Part shown: one piece after another, positions 13,440 to 25,900 of the stretch
How positions within the stretch are numbered: the stretch's first letter is position 1
Layout: every line of letters starts with the position of its first letter
Source: the human T2T-CHM13v2.0 reference genome, Homo sapiens
Length of the DNA: 64,000 nt
Assembly (NCBI RefSeq): GCF_009914755.1
Contig: NC_060944.1
Direction: 5' to 3' (one strand)
Notes under the pieces: generated by a model
What the model was told of the DNA's origin: nothing
What the model saw: only the letters and a program-made list of their open reading frames with translations
The model's database searches: none
Translations under genes and position numbers: made by a program

Positions 13440-14185
13440 TTGGTTGAGCATTCCTTATCCGAAATGCTTGAGACCAGAAGTGTTTTGAATTTCAGATTTT
13501 AAAATATTTGCATATACGTAATAAGATATCTTAGGGATGAAACCTAACTCTAAAAAGATATCTTAGGGATGAAACTTAACTCTAAACATGCAATTCATGT
13601 ATGTTTCATATGTACTTTTTACACATAACCAAAAGGCAATCTTACACATTTTCAACAGTTTTGTGTGTGAAACAAAGTTTGGGTACATTGAACCATCATA
13701 AAGCAAAGGTGCCACTATCTTGGCCACACTTGAGGACAATCTATGGTTGTTTGGCATCACCATCATTCCTGACTTTGATTTTGTATGCCACCGAGAAGCA
13801 ATTATTGTCTTATACTTATTCAGGCATAAGTACTTAACAGTAATATAACATACCATTAATACAATGAAAAAAATAATGTGTTCAAAGTAGCTAAGCAGCA
13901 CGGTAGCATCACCAGATGCCTGTATGAGCTATTAAACAACAGCAACAACAAACACCAGCAGGCTTTCAGTCTTTACCTGCGGTGCTGTGTTTCGATTAAA
14001 AGGTTACTGAACCCTGTATTTTGTCTCTTTAGGTGAGAAGAAACATTAGAAGCAGTTGAAGGACCGGGAAGTAGGTCCTCTGGAGATGAGGGGACATTCT
14101 TCTAAATGGCTTGTTAAAATGTTAACTGTAGTGTCATCTGTGTCATTAGTAACTATTTTTTTGCCTTAGAAGTCTCTCTTTCATT

Positions 14186-15924
14186 TTATAAACTGAAGTG
14201 ATTTCTTGTTCTGCTATCAGCTACGAACATACGCTGCTCTAGTCCTTCGATAAACCCATCACATATTTTCAGCATGTCATGTATAAGCACTTTTTCTGTA
14301 GTGTTAACAAAGTCATTTTCATTGTTACTATTATCACAATCATCTAGACTCAGAGCCATTTTGGCTTTTTCACTACTGACTAATGAATGAACAACCGGAG
14401 CCTCATTATTGATGTTAAGAACTTCTTTGTTATCCACCTGTTCCACCCTATTGACAGATTCTGAAGATACAATTTTTGCATATGTAAGGAGATCTGACAT
14501 TTTTCTTCTCATCTGACTTTTGGAATCCTTCAAAGTCACCACTTTGTCATCATCACAAAACATAGTCATAAGCCAGAGATTGTGCCAGGCATGCACAACT
14601 GTGCCTTTAGTCACCATCTTCCAAGCATTGGCAACAGCACCTATGGCATCCTAAACTTTTCAAAACCTTTCACGCCCATACCTCTGTTCTCTGCTGCTGG
14701 CGTGCTTTTCAAGAACGTGTTTTTATATTGACTTTTCTTTGATCTGAGGATGCCCTGGTCATGTAGCTGAATCCACAAAGTCACATTTGGAGGAAAGTAT
14801 ATGGCATAAACGTAATCTTTGAGAATTTGGTGCCTTCCTACAGTGAGCTCAAGCTGCTGGTACCAAATGTTTATGAAAGTAATCAGAAAAGATGTCCCTG
14901 GAGATGCATGCTTTTTTGTTAGCATAATATTGCACTGTTAAAAAATTCACTCCTTGAAAACAGTGAGGATGCAAGCTTCTGCCTATCACAGCAGGGTTAC
15001 ACTTAGGTGTGCCCGCTGCCTTAGCACATCTTAGCACAGTTATTCTGTCCTTGGCATCCTTAATTCCTGTAGGAGCTGTCTCATCAGCTGTAGTCAGTGT
15101 CTTCTGGGGGCAACAAGGCCAAAACAGTTACGTTTTAGTAGCATTATAGATGTGTTCTGGAGTCAGATTTTCATCAGTAATGACTTTAGCAAACTCATCA
15201 ATGAGTTTCTCTGCTGCTTTATGATCAGCAGATGCTTATCACCCAGAGCTTTAAAAATGTAATGCCATGTTGCTGTAGAAAAAAAATGGGTTCTTGTCAC
15301 ACAATCAGGAAGACTTAGGCACACAGACACTTTTGGAAGGGTGAGGGGGAACGGTGTTTATTGGGTGAAAAAGGAAAAAAAAAAACCAAAAAGCTCAGCA
15401 AAGTGAGAAGGGTTTCTGTTAACAGGCTCCCATGTCACAGATTGAATCCCGGGTCACCATCCAGGAACAGCAGAGGTCAGACTCCTCCTCCCTGCAAATG
15501 GCACAAACTTCCCAAGACTCCACCCCATCGTCCCGGTGTGCAGGTGGGCATTATTGAGAAAGAATAAGTTGAGAAAAGGGCGAGCTTCATCTGGGACTGG
15601 CAGTCTGGTTTTTCAGCCTTCAGGCTGTTTAAGGCTTGAAGGCAGGCTTTCACCGGGGGATGCTTGGCTGCCTTCTGTCGGTATCAATGATGTTTTTCAA
15701 ATTTCTCCAGCCAGCAGGCTGAATTCTTATAGTTCCATTTAATTTTCAGTTTACTGTGATAGATCTTTGCTTGTTTCATAGTCAGCATACTATTAAGTAA
15801 CTTGAGTTCACTGCAGTGCTGATGGATCCATTCTTTCAATACACAATCAAGATCTTCTTTTTCAGGTTTATGCAGTATTTTTTTTCTATTTTTTAATTAA
15901 CTTCTGCTCATCACTTTTGGCAAA
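14186..15924 (-). pseudogene. Decayed pogo/Tigger4 transposase (JRK/TIGD-related)
   Basis: Fragments in ORFs 14186..14617, 14641..14925 and 14849..15037. Disrupted by stops, frameshifts, deletions and an LTR insertion. Confidence 0.88.
15268..15686 (-). mobile_element. ERV1 solo LTR (MER61-like) nested in Tigger4
   Basis: TG...CA ends. The minus strand begins tgataccgacagaaggcagccaag...ccccggtgaaagcctgccttcaagcc. Transposase sequence resumes on both sides. Confidence 0.8.
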
Positions 15925-16334
15925 GGTCCTGGCCTGATGGGGCATCAGGGGAAACTGCCCTTGGTGTGTCCCACTGCACACACGCCATTTTATTATCATT
16001 TGTGGGAAAGCCTGCATGAGGGAATCTGGGCATGTACAGAGAAAATACACCAAAACTGAAGTTGGGTAGGAGGGTTCTATTTCCCCCATGCGGATGCTGA
16101 ATAAACTGTGCACACTTGCATTTTGACTGCCACATGTCACATGGGGTCAGGTGTGGAGTTTTCTACTTGTGACATTATGTCGGTGTTCGAAAGGTTTTGA
16201 ATTTGGGAGAATTTCTGATTTTGGATTTTTAGATTAGGAAAGCTCAACCTCTTTATCGTACCTACCTACCTATCTCTGTATCTACAATCAGTATAGACAG
16301 TTAGATATAGATGTAGGTATATACGTGGTTAGAG

Positions 16335-16679
16335 CAACAGCAGCCCAGACTTTTGGCACCATGGACCAGTTTTGTGAAAGACAATTTTTCCACGAGATGG
16401 GGCGTGGAGGGGGATAGGGTTTGGGGATGAAACTGATATGGTTTGGGGATGAAACTGTTCCACCTCAGATTAACAGGCATTAGATTCCCGTAAGGAGTAC
16501 GCAACCTGGATCCTTTGCATGTAGAGTTCATAATAGGGTCTGTGCTCCTATAAGAATCTAATGCCATTCTGATCTGACAGGAGGTGGAGCTCAGGTGGTA
16601 GTGCTTGCTTGCCCACTACTCACCTCCTGTGTACTGCCCAGTTCCTAACAGCCCACGAACCAGAGGTTGGGGACCCCTG
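16335..16679. mobile_element. MER1B (hAT-Charlie) with perfect 8-bp TSD ggttagag
   Basis: tttggcaccatggaccagttttgtgaaagacaatttttccac...ggttggggacccctg. TSD at 16327-16334 and 16680-16687. Confidence 0.93.
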
Positions 16680-16719
16680 GGTTAGAGAAAGAGAGAGACA
16701 GAGAGAGAATGAATACAAA

Positions 16720-16922
16720 GAGGGATATTTTCAAATAGCTGGTAGACAGGTTATTGAATGGTCTCAACACAAAGAAATGATAATGTTTGAGTTGACACAT
16801 ACATGAATTACCCTGACCTGATCATTATACATTGTATATATCACAATATCACTATGTACCCCATACATATATACCCCTTGTCACATATTATGTGACAGTT
16901 AAAATAAATACTTTGTTAAAAA
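16720..16922 (+). mobile_element. L1MA 3' end
   Basis: caacacaaagaaatgataatgtttgag...ttaccctgacctgatcattatacattg...actatgtacccca. Confidence 0.85.
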
Positions 16923-17424
16923 GGAGAATAATGCAAAAAATATAAGTATGCTATTTCCTTTTTTTCCTTTCTGTATTTTATCTTCTTCTTTATTTGCCTT
17001 CTTGATTAATCATCTCCTAGAGGCTGGTAATCAGATTTGGCTCCTGCCCTCCAAGATCTGTCAGTTTCATAAACTAACTCACACATGCAAATACTAATAG
17101 CTTTAAAGTGCTGAGTGCTAGAATATGTTCCCTTCAGTGGTAAAGAATTGGAGCAAATTCTTCCACATTGTGGTGTGGGGTAAAGAGGAAAGGCTTTCAT
17201 AGAAGAGGCAGCATTTTGGTTGGTTTGGCAGGTAGAAATAGGAGGAGAGTGTTTCACTGAGACAGAGGAGCCCAATGAGCTGTCTGCATGGGGGTGGAGG
17301 AGGTATGAGTGAAATACACAGGAAGAGAATTTCAAGAAAGAGGTGGGAGGTGGGGGCAATTAACATCCTTAACTGCTGCAGGGAAAACAAACAAATGGCT
17401 GAGAAAAGACCATTAATATATAAG

Positions 17425-17707
17425 CATTTTCTGATACGTGAGCCATGCATACAATTTTAAATATCCTAGTAGTAGTCACATTAAAAAGAAACAGATAAAG
17501 TTTAAAATGTATTTTATTTAACCCTTTATATAAAAATATTATCATTTAACATGTAATAAATATACAAATTTATGTTTTGCATTCTTGATTCTGTACTTTG
17601 AAATCCAGTGTGTATTTCATACTTACAGCATATCTCAATACTAAAGAACCACAAGTGCTCAATAACAGCACCCTGTGGTTTGTGGCTACTACATTGAATG
17701 ACACAGA
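17425..17707. mobile_element. MER33/MER3-type hAT MITE
   Basis: gaaatccagtgtgtatttcatacttacagcatatctcaat...gtggctactacattgaatgacacag. Confidence 0.8.
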
Positions 17708-18756
17708 TTTAGACAACAGCAAAAAAAGTGTGAGTAGAGAAGTGGAACCAGAAGTCAGATTCTAAGGAATTAGGGGAGAGTGGATGGTAAAGACATAGGG
17801 ACAGACAGTGTGTATTACTTTTTTCCAAACACTTGGAGAGCAAAAAATGACACTGTTCTTTTATTCTCTCTTTAAGATAACTGAGATGGTAATACATTTC
17901 ATGGAAAGGGTCAAGAAATTAAAAAAAAAATGAGAAATTGCAGATATGAGGAGGAAGTTATGAAGCCAGCATGCCATACTGAGGGTTAAGACCTAGAGGG
18001 TCTGGGACTACTAGTGCTAGTCTTTTTGTTCTATGTTTGGAAATGGACTACAGCCATGCCTGGTGACAATGCAATCTGCTTATTGGCTCTTGTCATTAAC
18101 AGGACTACTACCCAAACAAATTACCTTCTTATAGGAATCAGGGTTTGCAATCCTTGGGAGACAGAGGACCCATTGAGAGCATGGCTGGCAAGTTTAGTTT
18201 CATAAATGAGAAATTTCTTCTTTTATATGAGAATAGAAGATGACTGGTTGTGAAAGTATAAGTTTTATTCTAAAAACACAGCATATTAGGAGATATCTCC
18301 TCTTTTCATTGTCAGATTCCACTGGTCATTCATTTAGCTACTCATTCTTCAACAATACAAAATATTTTTGAACTTCTATAGTTTATTCCTGAAACTTACA
18401 TTCAATACAACAATTCTTTCCTTCTTTCGTTTAAAACCTTAATTGAACCTTCTTTCTCCCTTTCTTTCCTTGTCTTTTCCATTCTTTTGACAAACTTAGG
18501 GCAAATTTTGAAGTCGGTGAAATTGATTTTGGGTATTTTTCCGTCTTGTTTTATCTACCCTCTGTTCTCTGGTGCTGACTTATACTTTTTTGACCTTGCT
18601 GTAAAATCCAAGTCTTAGCCACCACTATTAACACTGCCACCACCATCGTTTCCACCCGCACCATCATTAACAACAATTAAGTTCTTTTTATCTGGTTCTA
18701 TTTTTCTCAACCTCATTAGATATTAATTCTCACAGAGTGAATTAATATAAATATAC

Positions 18757-19117
18757 TGCTGTGGTCTGAATGTTTGTCTTCCCCCATATTCGTATGTCGA
18801 AACCTACTTTCCAATGTGATATTATTAGGAGGTGGGGCCTTTGGAAGGTGATTAGGTCATGAAGGCTCAGCTCTCATGAATCAGATTAGTGCACTTATAA
18901 AGGAGGCTCTAGAGAATTGCCTCATTCTTCTCTCCAAGTGAGTTTATAGCAAGAAAGTGCCATCTATAAATCAGCAAGCAGCCCTCACCAGTCACCGTAT
19001 GTGACAGCACCTTGATCTTGGATTTTTCAGCTTCCAGATCTGTGAGAAATAAATTTCTATTATTTAAGCCACCTAGACTATAGTATTCTGCTACAGAAGA
19101 TTGAACAGACTAAGACA
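18757..19117 (+). mobile_element. MLT1A-type MaLR solo LTR
   Basis: tgctgtggtctgaatgtttgtc...ccttgatcttgga...gagaaataaatttct...gactaagaca. Confidence 0.92.
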
Positions 19118-19229
19118 TCTATTAATGATTTTGATGCCCCTAACTTTACCAAAAGCATTGGCATCATAAAAAGAGAATGATTATTAATACAAATGGATCT
19201 TTATTTTTTTTTAAAAAAAGGAATGACAA

Positions 19230-19680
19230 TACATTTTTCACCAACATTTTATACAACTATTTTCAGACATAAGCCAAGTTGAATAAATTTTACAGTAAAC
19301 ACTTGCATATCAACTACCTAGACTCTAACATGAACATTTTTCTATATTGCTTTTTCACAAACCTATCCATTTATCGATCCCTCCATTTTTCTATACTTCA
19401 TCTTAGTTTTTTGTACATTTTAAAGTAAATTGCAGATGTCAGGATGCTTTCCCCCAAACACTTCAGCAAGCATATTATCAACTACATTTCAATATGTCTT
19501 TTGAAGTGGAATGGAATAGTAAGCATATTTTAAATACATAGACCTGTGTAACCCAAACCTCTATCAAGGTAGAGAAAATTACCATCATCCCAGGAAGTTC
19601 CCTAAGAGCAATCTTCTGATGTTTTTCACCATAGATTTATTTTAGAATTTTATATAAATGAAGCTTATTGTACTCAACAT
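19230..19680 (-). mobile_element. Old L1M (MC/ME) 3' fragments
   Basis: ttttaaagtaaattgcaga...aaacacttcagca; tgtgtaacc...accatcatcccaggaagttccc. Confidence 0.65.
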
Positions 19681-20392
19681 AAGATTTCCAAGACTCAGAC
19701 AATAATATAGACAGTGGTGCTTTCAAGTCTGCAGCAGTTTTGTTCCTTTTCTGGAGTCTGCCCTTTCAGAAAAGCTCATTGCTCCTCCCCTTAGTTCTTC
19801 TTGCTCCTCTTCCTACCCCCTGCTCAGTTTGTATCTCCTTTCTTTTTTTCTAATAAATACAGTTTCTTTTAAAGTTCTAGATGTTGTCATTGCTCTTACT
19901 TTGAATTTCTATAAGGGCTTGTAAAGCATTAGGATGCTCACACATCAGGAGGAACAACGTTTTATTCTTTACCATTGAACTAGTAATACTAGTTTTTCCT
20001 TTTAGGATGACTTCATTGAGTATATATTAAAAATAATGGAAAAATAGCAAAAAGGAAAGAACATATGTGATGAATCCGTGACCTCATGATATCTTATTGA
20101 GGCTGGGAGCATTTGAGGTCTGAGATTTTCTGGTATGCTCAAGGCCAGAGCAGCAACATGCATCCTTTCAAAATAAGGCAAGTTGTCACTTGTCTCTGGC
20201 CAGAATTGGTCAAGATCATGGGGTAGGTGATGAATGCTGCCGACGTCCCATGACACACCTATTGATATGTGGCAAGGAGCCACTCATCTCTACTAAGAGA
20301 TGGCATGTACCAGAGAGGGGCTGTGGGAGTAGATGACTGTCCACCAAGTAGTGTGTAATTCAAGGGATGTCTCAATGTCAAGAAGTTACCTT

Positions 20393-20413
20393 TGACGTCA
20401 CAGATTGGCCAAT
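20393..20413. promoter_or_regulatory. Full CRE palindrome adjacent to a double CCAAT (attggccaat)
   Basis: TGACGTCA at 20393-20400 and ATTGGCCAAT at 20404-20413. The motifs are present; function is unproven. Confidence 0.35.
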
Positions 20414-21153
20414 GCCTTCATGTTATAGCAGACCATCATATTAGGAAAAGTCAGTCTTTCTAGATTGAATAAGGACAAGTCCAGGGTAAGCGACTACTCT
20501 AGAAACCTAACCTGTAATCTGAAGAAATGAAAAGTAAAATGTCCAGCAATAATACTTCGGGGGCCTTAAACCTCATATTTTCTTGAGCATCTTGTTTCCT
20601 GTTTAATTGTCACAGCTCAAATATTATGTTTTGCAAATGTATGTGGGGTGTATTTTATATGTTATACATATTAATTTATTTTCATTTATTCTGCTTGAAA
20701 ATTTTTACATAAAATTAAAGTCTGTCATAATACTTTATCTTCTGTTTGTGGTTAGAGTAGGTGTCTTTACTTTCTTTATGATCTCTTTGTTCAGGTAAGA
20801 AGGGCTATACTGGAGTGAAATCATAACTTTAGTTACATCGTAACATTAGAAACGGGCACACTCTTGTAAACAACTGCAACAAATGGAGATTATGCTTACA
20901 GCATAAACCTCAGACTTGTGGGTATTTTCTTCTTTATGTTTTAATAAAAATACCGGAAAGGAAAGGTTTAAACTCACTAGAGTTATTTTGAGAAAATCGA
21001 TTTCCATAAATATATTTTATTGCTCACTCATAAATTTATACTTCCCTTTCTCTCACTGCATAATTGGTTGGTTTCCTGCATACAGTTTAGCTCCATCGTT
21101 CATGTTTTGATAGGAATTTTATCCCTGGTATTTGTCTGTTCCAGCCATTCTTT

Positions 21154-22598
21154 CTTTCTTTTTTTAATTCATGAAGCCTTTTTAAAAATTATTTAATTTT
21201 ATTTTTATTTTAAGTTCTGGAGTACATGTGCAGGATGTGCAGGTTTGTTACATAGGTAAAAGTGTGCCATGGTGGTTTCCTGCACCTACCAACCCATCAC
21301 CTAGGTATTAAGACCAGCGTGCATTAGCTATTTTTCCTAATGCTTTCCCTCCCCATGCCCTCACCCCCCACAACAGGCCCCAGTGTGTGTTGTTCCCCTC
21401 CCCGTGTCCATGTGTTCTCATTGTTCAGCTCCCACTTACAAGGGAGAACATGTGGTGTTTGGTTTTCTGTTCTTGCATTAGTTTGCTGAGGATAATGGCT
21501 TCTAGTTCCATCCATGTCCCTGCAAAGACATGATCTCTTCCTTTTTATGGATGCATAGTATTCTATGGTGTATATGTACTATATTTTCTTTATCCAGTCT
21601 ATCCTCGATGGGCATTTGGGTTGATTCCATGTCTTTGTTATTGTGAATAGTGCTGCGATGAACATACACATGCATGTATCTTTATAATGGAATGATTTAT
21701 ATTCCTTTGGGTATATTCCCAGTAATGGACTTGCTGGGTCAAATGGTATTTCTGGTTCTAGAACTTTGATGAATTGCCACACTGACTTCCACAATGGTTG
21801 AACTAATTTACATTTTATATTTACTATTCTAATTTACTATTTTCTAATTTACTATTTCTCTACAACCTCACCAGCATTTCTGGTTTCTTGACTTTTAATA
21901 ATTGCCATTCTGACTGGCATGAAACGGTATCTCATTGTGGTTTTGATTTGCATTTCTCTCACCATCAGTGAAATTGAGCTTTTTTTCGTATGTTTATTGG
22001 CCTCATGAATGTCTTCTTTTGAGAAGAGTCTTTTCATGTCCTTTCCCCACATTTTAATGGTTTTTTTTTCTTGTAAATTTGTGTAAGTTCATTGTAGATT
22101 CTGGATATTAGACCTTTGTCAGATGGATAGATTGCAAAAACTTTCTCCCACTCTGTAGGTTGTCTATTTGCTCTGACGATAGTTTCTTTTGCTGTGCAGA
22201 AGCGCTTTCATTTAGTTAGATCTCATTTGTCAATTTTTGCTTTTGTTGCAATTGCTTTTGGTGATTTCATCATGAAATCTTTGCTTGTGCCTATGTCCTG
22301 AATAGTATTACCTACATTTTCTTCTAGGCTTTTTACAGTTAGTGTTTTACATTTAAGTCTTGAATCTAACTTGAGATAATTTTTGTATAAGGTGTAAGGA
22401 AGAGGTCCAGTTTCAATTTCTTGCATATGGCCAGCCAGTTCTTCCAGCACCGTTTATTAAATAGGAAATCCTTTTCCCATTGCTTGCTTTTGTTAGGTTT
22501 GTTGAAGATCAGATGGTTGTAGATGTGCAGTCTTATTTCTTAGTTCTCTATTCTGTTCCATTGGTCTATGTATCTGTTTTTGTACCAGTAGCATTGGT
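21154..22598 (-). mobile_element. 5'-truncated L1PA (about L1PA8) with 12-bp TSD
   Basis: Antisense 3'UTR and ORF2 fragments (ORFs 21579..21794, 21852..22052, 22223..22450). TSD cagccattcttt (21142) and cagccattattt (22599). Confidence 0.96.
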
Positions 22599-22959
22599 CA
22601 GCCATTATTTTAGTAAAAAGCTGAAGCTCTTCACTACCTGAAGAATAAAATCCAAAATTCTTAGTATGGCATTCAAGGCTTTCCAGAAGCTGGCACGAAA
22701 CTGTTTTTCTAATTTTTCTTCTGCTCCAGTATTTCTTCCCAGTTTCCTTCCACTTCTTTCACAGTTCCCATCATTCTTGCATTCTTTGTTGTCTCTGTGT
22801 ACAATAGCTTTTTTTTTGGTACAATTTTATAACACTATAGTTAGGGGAGTGTATATCCACCTACTTATGTTACTGGTGGCTTCTGTGTCAGGAAATAATC
22901 TATAACCTACCTACTTATTCTTTTGATGTAGATGACCTACCCATTCACCTTTTTAAAGA

Positions 22960-25900
22960 ATGTTTGTAAATTGTGGGAAAATATACATCATATAAATTTT
23001 GCCATCTTAACCATTTTTAAGCATTACAGTATAGTGCCATTAAGTACATTTACACTGTTGTTCAATCATCACTACCATTCATCTCTAAAATACTTTTGTC
23101 ATTCCATAATGAAACTCTGAACCTAGAAAACAATAACTTCCCATTCTCCCCTTCTCCCAGGCCCTAGCAAATTCTACTTCCTGTCTTTACGAATTTAACT
23201 ACTCTAGGTACTTCACATACGTGGAATCATACAGTATCTGATATTTCACTTAGCATAGTGTCTTCAAGTTTCATCCATGTTGTAGCATGTATCAGAATTT
23301 CATTACTTTTTAAGGTTGCATAATATTTCCTTGTGTGCACAAAGCACAGTTTGTTTAATCATTCATCCATTGGGGGAAATTTGAGCAGTTTTCATCTTTT
23401 GGCTATTAGGAATAATGTTGCTATGAACATTGGCATACAAATGTCTATTGAAGTCCTGGCTTTCAAATTTTTTGTATGTGAGTAGAATTTTAGAATCAAA
23501 TTATACTTCTACATTTAATTTTTTGAAAATCATAATTTTATAAAATCATACTGTTTATCATAATGGCTGTCTGAACTAGGTAACATTTCAGCCAACAATG
23601 CACAAGGCTTCCGATTTATTCACATTCACGCCAACACTAATTGTTTTTCTTTTCCAGTAATAGCCATTCTAATAGATTTGAACTTGTATCTCATGATTCT
23701 TATTTATATTTCCCTAATGATTAGGGATATTGAGCATCTTTTCACATGCCTATTGGCCACCTGTATGTCTTCTTTAAAGAAATGTCTATTCAAGACCCTT
23801 GGTCATTTTTCAAATGGGTTTTGTTTTTTGTTGTTGAATATTAATTATTCTCTATATATTCTGGATATCAATCCCTTATCAGATATGTGATTTGCAAATA
23901 TTTTCTCTCATTCTGTGAGTTGCCTTTTCAATCTGTTAATTAGTGTGTTTTGATGCAAAACGTTTCTAATTTTGATGAAGTCCAATTTATTAATATTATT
24001 TTCCTTTCATTGCCTGTGCTTTTGTGTCTTATCCAAGGAATAATTGCTAAATCCAGTGTCATGGAATTTCCCTCCTATTTTTTTTCATATAAGAGTTTTA
24101 TACTTTAACTCTTCTGTTTAGGTCTTTGGTCTATTTTTAGTTAATTTTGTTATTGGACTTAAGGGAAGAGACCAACTTCATTCTTTTGTATGTGGACGTC
24201 CAGTTTTCCCAGTGCCATTGTTAAAAATATGGTCTTCCTTTTTAAATGAATTTGGTATTCTTGTTAAGAATTATTTGACCACATCTTCAAGGGTTTATTT
24301 CTTTTTTTTTTTTTTTTATACTTTAAGTTTTAGGGTACATGTGCACATTGTGCAGGTTAGTTACATATGTATACATGTGCCATGCTGGTGCGCTGCACCC
24401 ACTAACGCGTCATCTAGCATTAGGTATATCTCCTAAAGCTATCCCTCCCCCCTCCCCCCACCCCACCACAGTCCCCAGAGTGTGATATTCCCCTTCCTGT
24501 GTCCATGTGATCTCATTGTTCAATTCCCACCTATGAGTGAGAATATGCGGTGTTTGGTTTTTTGTTCTTGCGATAGTTTACTGAGAATGATGGTTTCCAA
24601 TTTCATCCATGTCCCTACAAAGGACATGAACTCATCATTTTTTATGGCTGCATAGTATTCCATGGTGTATATGTGCCACATTTTCTTAATCCAGTCTATC
24701 ATTGTTGGACATTTGGGTTGGTTCCAAGTCTTTGCTATTGTGAATAATGCCGCAATAAACATACGTGTGCATATGTCTTTATAGCAGCATGATTTATAGT
24801 CATTTGGGTATATACCCAATAATGGGATGGCTGGGTCAAATGGTATTTCTAGTTCTAGATCCCTGAGGAATCACCACACTGACTTCCACAATGGTTGAAC
24901 TAGTTTACAGTCCCTATTTCTGAGTTCTCTATTCTCTCCTATCTGTGAAAATCTCTGTATTTATGCAAGTGCTGCGCTGTTTTGATTACTGTAGCTATAT
25001 AGTAAATTTTGAAATCAGAAAGCACGAGTCCTCTAACTTTGTTCTTTTTCAGCATAGTTTTGGCTATTTAGGATCTCTTGAGATTCCATACATATTTTCA
25101 AATGGATTTTTTTCTATTTCTACAAAAAAATTGGTATTTTGATAGGGATTGCAATGAATTTGTAGGTAGCTTTAGGTAGTATTGATAGCTTAACAGTAGT
25201 AAGTATTCAATTCATAAATACAGCATGTCTTTTCATTTACTTGTGTTCTTTGATTTTTTTCAGTAATGTTTTATAGCTTTCTGTTTACAAGTTTTTATCT
25301 GTTTGGTTAAGTTGATTCCTAAGTTTTTTGTTTGATGATATTATAAATGAAATTTCTTTCTAAATATTCTTTTCTGATTATTAATTTTTAGCTTATAGAA
25401 ATACAACTGATTTGTTTGTTGGTTTTGTGCTCTGCTTGATACATTACTGAATTTCTTTATTATAACGGTTTTTGTGAACTCTTCAAGGTTTTCTACATAT
25501 AAGATTGTATTATCTGTGAACAAAGATAATTTTACTTTTGGATACCTTTTATTTATTTTTCATGCCTAATTGCTCTGGCTAAAACATCTAATACTATGCT
25601 GACTGTAAGTGTTAAAGCAAGCATCTTTGTCTTGTTCCTGATCTTAGAAGTAAAGTTTTCAGTTCTTCCACACTGAGTGTGATGTTGTTTGTAGGTTTTT
25701 CATATGTGGTCTTTATTTTGTTGAAGTACTTTCCTTTGTTCTCATTTTGTTGAGTGTTTTTATCATGAGGGATATTGAAATGTATAAAATGCTTTTTCTG
25801 TGTCTATTGATATTCTCATGCTTCACCCTTTTATTCTGTTAATGTGGCATATTACAATAATTTATTGTCATATGCTGAACCATCCTGTATCTCAATAAAT

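Larger units (their letters stand above)
13440..16251 (-). mobile_element. Near full-length Tigger4 (Zombi) DNA transposon with both TIRs
   Basis: TIRs are ggttgagcattcctta (left) and taggaaagctcaacc (right). Minus-strand transposase remnants include a CENP-B-type HTH (DLDCVLKEWIHQ) and a DDE motif (YFPPNVTLWIQLHDQGIL). Confidence 0.93.

Noticed and set aside
15260-15695. TSD of the nested LTR
   Set aside because: The immediate flanks gcca and atga do not match, so it is unresolved.
20380-20413. MHC class II-type SXY module (RFX-CRE-Y box)
   Set aside because: The CRE-to-Y spacing is about 3 bp rather than the roughly two helical turns required, and the RFX match is poor.
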